From Candidatus Methylomirabilota bacterium (GTDB lineage: Bacteria > Methylomirabilota > Methylomirabilia > Rokubacteriales > CSP1-6): a stretch of DNA of 11,185 nucleotides. The stretch is taken from NCBI GenBank assembly GCA_046726415.1, contig JBKPAK010000203.1, positions 1 to 11,185 on the forward strand. The letters are read 5' to 3'. The first letter of the stretch is position 1, and each line of letters begins with the position of its first letter. Below are positions 6,474-11,185 of the stretch, piece by piece. The notes below the pieces were generated by a model, which was not told the DNA's origin, searched no databases, and saw only the letters and a program-made list of their open reading frames with translations. A program made the position numbers and the translations under genes.

Positions 6474-7925
6474 ATGAGCAGTCGAGGCTCTCGGCCTCGC
6501 GATTTCGCTGCCGCCGGCGGCCGAGGAGGGCGATGGAGTGACTTTCTGACGCGGGTCGCGTGCCGGATCGTCTGTGCTCCTGTTCTCCGCCGGCTGCTGA
6601 GCGCCGTCAACACTTCGCTTATGGCCGGCTGCCTGCCTGCAGTTCTCCTCGCGGGTTGCGCATCGCCACCGCCCCCGGGTCCGGCTGGCCCGAACTCTTC
6701 CCGCTCGGCGGCCAGCGAGCCGGTCACCGTCCCCGGCCCTCGCTTCGCCCCTGATGGCCCGGACGCCGAGGAGTACGGGGCGAGCAATGGCTATCCACGC
6801 GGCAATGCCGTGACCTTCTTTCGAATTCCGTTCCTCGTTGGCTCGCACAGCCATCTCGACCAGATCTTCGAGGGTCGGTTGATTCGACGTGCGACCACAC
6901 CGTCGCCGCTCGTACGCGCGGGTTCCGAGCCGGCGGTCCGCTACGTGGTGGGGGGCGAGACCTACACGCTCGACGACTACCTTGCGCGCAATCCGGCTAC
7001 CGGCCTCCTCATCGCAAGGGGCGACACGATCTTGGTCGAACGCTATCAGTACGCGCGCCACGACGGGCATCGCCTCACCTCGCACTCGATGGCCAAGACC
7101 GTCACCGCGATGCTGGTGGGTATTGCGATGGCGGAAGGCCGCATCCGCTCGGTGGACGATCCGGCCGCCGCCTACGTGCCCGCACTCGCGGGCACCGAGT
7201 ATGGCCGCACGTCCCTCAGGCACCTGCTCCAGATGTCCTCGGGCGTGTCGTTCGTCGAGGACTACTCGGGATCGGACGACGTCGCGCGGCTGTTCGTCGA
7301 GACGGTGGTCCAGCACAGTGCTGGCGGCGTCGAGACAGTCAAGCCTTACAACGAGCGAGTGAGGCCGAGCGGCACGATGTTCTCTTACGCCTCCGTCGAG
7401 ACCCAGGTACTCGGCATCGTGCTCCGAGGCGCAGTCGGGCGACCGGTCGCGGACTACCTGCAGGAGAAGATCTGGGAGCCGATGGGTGCTGAAGCCGACG
7501 CTAGCTGGCTCATCGATCGCTCGGGCCAAGAGGCGACCTTCTGCTGCCTCAACGCGGTTCTGCGCGACTACGCGCGTCTCGGCTTGCTGCTCGCCCACGA
7601 CGGCAACTGGCGGGGCCGCCAGGTCATCCCGGCCGCTTGGATCGCGGACGCCACGCGCGTGGCTCCGGATCAAGCCCACCTCTACCCGGGCAACGCCACC
7701 GGCTTCTTCGGGTATGGCTATCAGCTCTGGATCTTCCCCGACTGGGTCTTCCCGGTCGAACGGCGGGTGTTTGCGCTGCTCGGCGTACGCGGTCAGGCGA
7801 TCTTCGTCGATCCGGTCAGCCGTCTCGTCATGGTTCACACCGCGGTACGCAAGCAGCCAGTCGATCCTGGCGTCCGGGAGGCGGTCGCCCTCTGGCGGGG
7901 TGTCGTGCGAGACCTGGGCGGTTGA
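6474..7925 (+). CDS. serine hydrolase, class C beta-lactamase/6-aminohexanoate-dimer hydrolase (NylB)-like, probable lipoprotein
   Basis: SxxK (SMAK), 'LRHLLQMSSG', 'FSYAS', 'YLQEKIWEPMGAE', 'LRDYARLGLL', 'GYGYQLW' and 'GVRGQAIFVDP'. Lipobox LLAGC (Cys at 6657). GAGGAGG RBS before ATG 6474. A downstream start such as 6621 is possible. Confidence 0.92.
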   Translation: MSSRGSRPRDFAAAGGRGGRWSDFLTRVACRIVCAPVLRRLLSAVNTSLMAGCLPAVLLAGCASPPPPGPAGPNSSRSAASEPVTVPGPRFAPDGPDAEEYGASNGYPRGNAVTFFRIPFLVGSHSHLDQIFEGRLIRRATTPSPLVRAGSEPAVRYVVGGETYTLDDYLARNPATGLLIARGDTILVERYQYARHDGHRLTSHSMAKTVTAMLVGIAMAEGRIRSVDDPAAAYVPALAGTEYGRTSLRHLLQMSSGVSFVEDYSGSDDVARLFVETVVQHSAGGVETVKPYNERVRPSGTMFSYASVETQVLGIVLRGAVGRPVADYLQEKIWEPMGAEADASWLIDRSGQEATFCCLNAVLRDYARLGLLLAHDGNWRGRQVIPAAWIADATRVAPDQAHLYPGNATGFFGYGYQLWIFPDWVFPVERRVFALLGVRGQAIFVDPVSRLVMVHTAVRKQPVDPGVREAVALWRGVVRDLGG

Positions 7926-8120
7926 TGGCGAGGAAGCGACAGACCGTGGTCGGTGACAAATTGGTGCCAGACATGGGTTCACTTGGCGGACTGGCGCCGA
8001 GATTCTCACGCGGACGCCTGTCCTTCGCCTAAATTCCATCCCCCGACCTGGCGGCTATCCGCGACCCTGGGCTGGCAGTGCGTCGTCGATCAAACAGCAC
8101 TACCGGCGTGGCGCCGACGT

Positions 8121-8712
8121 GTGAGCCACCGGGCTGTCGTCCGCTTCTATAACCAGCGGGGCACCGCCGAGCGGTGGATCAAGGAGGGCAAGACGGCCAC
8201 CCACTGGACCCGGCTGTCTTGTCACCGCTTCCGGGCCAACGAAGTCCGGTTGCTCCTCGGCGTCATCGCCTACAACCTCGGCAACCTCCTCCGCCGGCTC
8301 GTCCTGCCGGTCGCCATCCAGGATTGGTCGCTCACGAGCCTCCAGCAACGCCTGCTCAAGACCGGCGGACGACTGATCCGGCACGCGCGGTACTTCACCC
8401 TCCAGCTTGCCGAAAGCTACTTGGCCGGGGCGCTCTTTCGGCAGATTCTCCAGCGCATCGAGCGGCTTGGGTGGCACCCGACGTGATCGGACGGAGCCGG
8501 CCCACGGGGCGCGCTGAGCCAATGCGGGAGTGTGTGTTGGGAACGATGTCCGACGCGGTAGGGCCTCGACGGCGACCGAATGCGCGGCGCTGATGCCTCA
8601 AGCAGGGGCGGTCTCACCGGCAGCGAGAGGCTCGCACTGGCGGTCAGCGTGCCGTGGCGCCCTCACCAGAGCTTGGCGTGGAGACGTGGACGGGGCATAT
8701 CGCAAATCCCGG
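8121..8712 (+). mobile_element. IS1380-family element, 5'-truncated (transposase C-terminus 8121-8486 plus 3' non-coding end)
   Basis: RAVVRFYNQRGTAERWIKEGK...RLSCHRFRANEVRL.LGVIAYNLGNLLRRL...WSLTSLQQRLLKTGGRLIRHARY is the DDE_Tnp_1_4 C-terminus (Y-x2-R-x3-E-x2-IKE). Probable terminal IR CATATCGCAAATCCCGG at 8696-8712. Confidence 0.88.
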
Positions 8713-8821
8713 CTTATACCATAACGTTGACAGATTGGACGCGCTGGTTCGACCATTCCGTAAGCACGTTGGCGAATGCTGCGGCGACCGCCGCCGGCAG
8801 CCAAACGGCAGGGAGGATATC

Positions 8822-10453
8822 ATGTGTATACTGTGCGATCGCGGTAAGCCGCAGATCCATTCGACGTCGCGGCGCAATTTCCTGAAGGGCACGGCGGCGG
8901 CAGGCCTCGCGGCGGGGGCTATGGCCCTGTTCGGGCCGAGCGCCGAGGCGCAAGGCCACAACGTCAACCCGCCGCCGCACACGGGCAGCCCGGGCCGGCG
9001 CTACGTCATCCGCAACGGCTACGTGATGACGATGGAGCCCGGGACGCCGGGCGCGAACTCGTCATTCGGAGAATTTATCGAAGGCGACGTGCTTGTCGAA
9101 GGCAAGACGATAAAGGCCATCGGTAGGAACCTGCAGATCGGAAACGCCGCCGAGATCGACGCCCGCGGCAAGGTTGTCATGCCGGGCTTCATCGACACTC
9201 ACCACCACCAGGCCTGGACGGCGATCAGAAGCGCTATTCCCGACAGCATCCTGATCAACGACGGCACGGGAACGGCGAGCGCGGAGCAGAACTATTTCCA
9301 GAACGTTCTGGCTGGACTGACCGGGACGACTGGCTTCGCCCGCCACTACCGGCCGCAGGACGTCTACATCAGCGAGCTGTTCGGCGGGCTTTCACAGCTC
9401 GACGCCGGCGTCACGACGGTGCTCGACATCTCGCAGATCCACCACTCGCCGCAGCATTCCGATGCGGTCATCCAGGCTCTTCGCGATACCGGCCGCCGCG
9501 CCATGCTGGGCTACTTCGAAAGCGCCGGCAATGTTGCGGGGAACGACTATCCGCAGGATGCGACGCGCCTGGCGGGCATTTTGTCGTCCGACGATCTCGT
9601 CGGCTTCATCATGGGCGGCGAGGTCTATCTCGGGGAGCCGACCTACAGCGCGGCCTGGGCGATCGGTCGCCAGCTCCAAGTCCAGATTGCGGCGCACATC
9701 CTGTCGCCGTTCGGCATCCGCCCGATCCTGGACGAACTCGCCGCGGGTACCGGCGGCGTCAACAACGACATCGGGCTCGGACCCGACAACCTGTTCATCC
9801 ACATGACCGGCATGTCGGACGACGGCTGGAACGGGGTCAAGAACAGCGGCGCCCAGGTTTCGATGGCGTTCCCGATCGAGATGAACATGCGCCACGGCAT
9901 CCCGCCCATCGTCAAGATGCAGCAGCTGGGGCTGGAGCCGTCCCTCAGCACCGACGTCGAGACCAACATGACGGCGGACTTCTTCACCCAGATGCGCTCC
10001 GCCATGACCATGCAGCGAATGGTCATTAATCAAGCGGTCCTCGATACGGGCGACTTCGTGACTTTCCCGACCGGGACTTGGCCGACGTTCCCGGCGGACC
10101 TGCCGCCGCTTCTCAATGCGCGCGACGTGCTGCGCTTTGCCACCATCAACGGCGCCAAGCACCTGCGGCTGGACAGCAAGACCGGCTCGCTCAAGGTCGA
10201 CAAGGAAGCCGACATCATCATCCTCGACGGCACCCACCTCAACGTGTTCCCTATGAACAACGTGCCGGGCGCCGTGGTGACGATGATGGAGCGGACCAAC
10301 GTTGAGACCGTGATCGTCGCCGGCAAGATCCGCAAGTGGAAGGGGGGGCTGATCGACGTCGACCTGGACCTGCTGCGCACCCGGCTCGCCGCGACGCGCG
10401 ATTTCCTCTACAGCGCGGCCGGCGTTCCGCAGAACCCGTTCCCCGCCAAGTAG
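8822..10453 (+). CDS. Tat-exported metal-dependent amidohydrolase (AtzA/TRZ/SsnA deaminase-like), 543 aa
   Basis: GGGAGG RBS before ATG 8822. Tat motif SRRNFLK, hydrophobic stretch and AEA cleavage site. Motifs MPGFIDTHHH, 'AGVTTVLD', AHI, 'FIHMT', 'LSTD', 'ATINGAKHL' and 'GSLKVDKEADII'. Confidence 0.93.
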   Translation: MCILCDRGKPQIHSTSRRNFLKGTAAAGLAAGAMALFGPSAEAQGHNVNPPPHTGSPGRRYVIRNGYVMTMEPGTPGANSSFGEFIEGDVLVEGKTIKAIGRNLQIGNAAEIDARGKVVMPGFIDTHHHQAWTAIRSAIPDSILINDGTGTASAEQNYFQNVLAGLTGTTGFARHYRPQDVYISELFGGLSQLDAGVTTVLDISQIHHSPQHSDAVIQALRDTGRRAMLGYFESAGNVAGNDYPQDATRLAGILSSDDLVGFIMGGEVYLGEPTYSAAWAIGRQLQVQIAAHILSPFGIRPILDELAAGTGGVNNDIGLGPDNLFIHMTGMSDDGWNGVKNSGAQVSMAFPIEMNMRHGIPPIVKMQQLGLEPSLSTDVETNMTADFFTQMRSAMTMQRMVINQAVLDTGDFVTFPTGTWPTFPADLPPLLNARDVLRFATINGAKHLRLDSKTGSLKVDKEADIIILDGTHLNVFPMNNVPGAVVTMMERTNVETVIVAGKIRKWKGGLIDVDLDLLRTRLAATRDFLYSAAGVPQNPFPAK

Positions 10454-10523
10454 CGGAGGAGACTCCTCTCCACCCGGCATCCCGGACTGAGCAATGCGGA
10501 CCGCAGGCAAGCGGCGCTTCGAT

Positions 10524-10566
10524 CCGGGACCTTGCGAGGAGCGCGACTCGCCATACGAGATCCCGG
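10524..10566. repeat. 43-bp element bounded by imperfect inverted repeats resembling the IS1380-like end
   Basis: Left arm CCGGGACCTTG and reverse complement of the right arm CCGGGATCTCG match at 9/11. Both resemble the reverse complement of 8696-8712 (CCGGGATTTGCGATATG). Confidence 0.35.
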
Positions 10567-10638
10567 CTAGACAAGGAACTTCAGCCGCCTCAAGTCGTTG
10601 AATGGGTGAAGGGTAGATAAAGTGATGGGGGTGAAAGC

Positions 10639-10712
10639 GCTGCGCCTCACGCGCACGAGGTAACGTGCGCGTGGGAAATCCTGCGGCCGAGGCCGCGGAC
10701 AGGAGGCGCAGC
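10639..10712 (+). ncRNA. structured IS110 left-end RNA (multi-branch fold; candidate bridge RNA part or RBS-sequestering leader)
   Basis: Outer perfect stem GCTGCGCCTC (10639-48) / GAGGCGCAGC (10703-12). Inner perfect 10-bp hairpin CACGCGCACG-aggtaa-CGTGCGCGTG (10648-73). Second hairpin CTGCGGC-cgag-GCCGCGG (10681-98). The fold ends 2 nt before the IS110 ATG. Confidence 0.55.
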
Positions 10713-10714
10713 AG

Positions 10715-10860
10715 ATGCAATATATCGCGTTCGATGCCCACAAGCACTACACGCTGGCGTTGGTGGCCAAGCCCAACGGGCAGGTGATCCGAGAGGAGCG
10801 GGTCGAGCATGACCGCGGAGCGTTGCGCCAATTCCTCGACCGCTGTGAACAGGAGGTCCC
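10715..10860 (+). mobile_element. IS110-family DEDD recombinase/transposase, N-terminal fragment
   Basis: Absent from the ORF track because this frame has no stop before the window end. AGGAGG RBS at 10701-10706, then MQYIAFDAHKHYTLALVAKPNGQVIREERVEHDRGALRQFLDRCEQ, the IS110 RuvC-like start (YIxxDxHK, first catalytic D). Resemblance ends just before the expected 'VAVE' motif. Confidence 0.85.
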
Positions 10861-11026
10861 CTCGATACAGTATCGCCGCCCGCGGTCGAACGTGCGGTCG
10901 CGGCCTGAGTATGAGTATGCGCTACTCTCTCAACTTCGTCTGGCCTACCGTGTTCAATCGGCCCTTCACCCGCTGACCTTCGCGCCCGTCCCCTCCCGTG
11001 CCTGGCGCGTGGACGTTCGCTCGTCT

Positions 11027-11185
11027 CTACTCCGAGAGCCACAGCGTGTCGAGCTGACTGTTGACGTAGTGGCTGGGGGTTATCGTCCAGCCGCGCACCC
11101 GGGAGCTGTGCGGCACGATACGGTGCCACTGGAGCGTGTGGATATAATGCGCCTCCTCGTCCAGGAGGCGCTTTTCAAAGGCGCG
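11027..11185 (-). CDS. ABC transporter substrate-binding protein (family 5, peptide/nickel), 3' end only
   Basis: Not in the ORF track. Reads RAFEKRLLDEEAHYIHTLQWHRIVPHSSRVRGWTITPSHYVNSQLDTLWLSE* with TAG at 11027-11029. The V(K/R)GW...xxWL terminus is typical of SBP_bac_5. Confidence 0.8.
   Translation of the reverse strand, partial: RAFEKRLLDEEAHYIHTLQWHRIVPHSSRVRGWTITPSHYVNSQLDTLWLSE

Noticed and set aside
6375-8039. 554-aa minus-strand ORF
   Set aside because: Antisense shadow of the serine hydrolase. It is Arg-rich with no motifs, as is common in high-GC DNA.
8654-8821. N-terminal extension of the amidohydrolase from GTG 8654
   Set aside because: It runs through the IS1380 end. The RBS and Tat motif position support ATG 8822.
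10455-10471. Hairpin GAGGA-gac-TCCTC after the amidohydrolase as a terminator
   Set aside because: The stem is short and there is no U-tract.
9392-10831. 479-aa minus-strand ORF
   Set aside because: Antisense shadow of the amidohydrolase.
10861-11185. Open continuation of the IS110 frame as a novel fusion domain
   Set aside because: The distal part is the antisense of the SBP gene 3' end and no further IS110 motifs appear.
1-11185. CRISPR array, tRNA or rRNA
   Set aside because: No regularly spaced repeats. The 10639-10712 fold lacks T-loop and D-loop consensus and a CCA end.

Overview
GC-rich bacterial window, annotated by hand translation and recalled family motifs with no database searches. 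Intact or apparently intact genes: a 5'-partial LLM-class oxidoreductase, a DUF2283 antitoxin, an ICMT/PEMT-family membrane methyltransferase, a lipoprotein serine hydrolase (class C beta-lactamase/NylB-like), a Tat-exported amidohydrolase, and the 3' end of a family-5 ABC substrate-binding gene at the right edge. Positions ~950-6200 hold about 11 truncated or frameshifted gene remnants, several joined directly end to end. Two IS relics are present: the 3' part of an IS1380 with a probable right end, and the 5' part of an IS110 DEDD recombinase that the ORF track missed. The IS110 start is preceded by a strongly structured non-coding leader that buries the RBS. This leader is a candidate bridge RNA or translational lock and is the most interesting element here. 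The gene mix resembles Ca. Rokubacteria/Methylomirabilota, but that is inference only.
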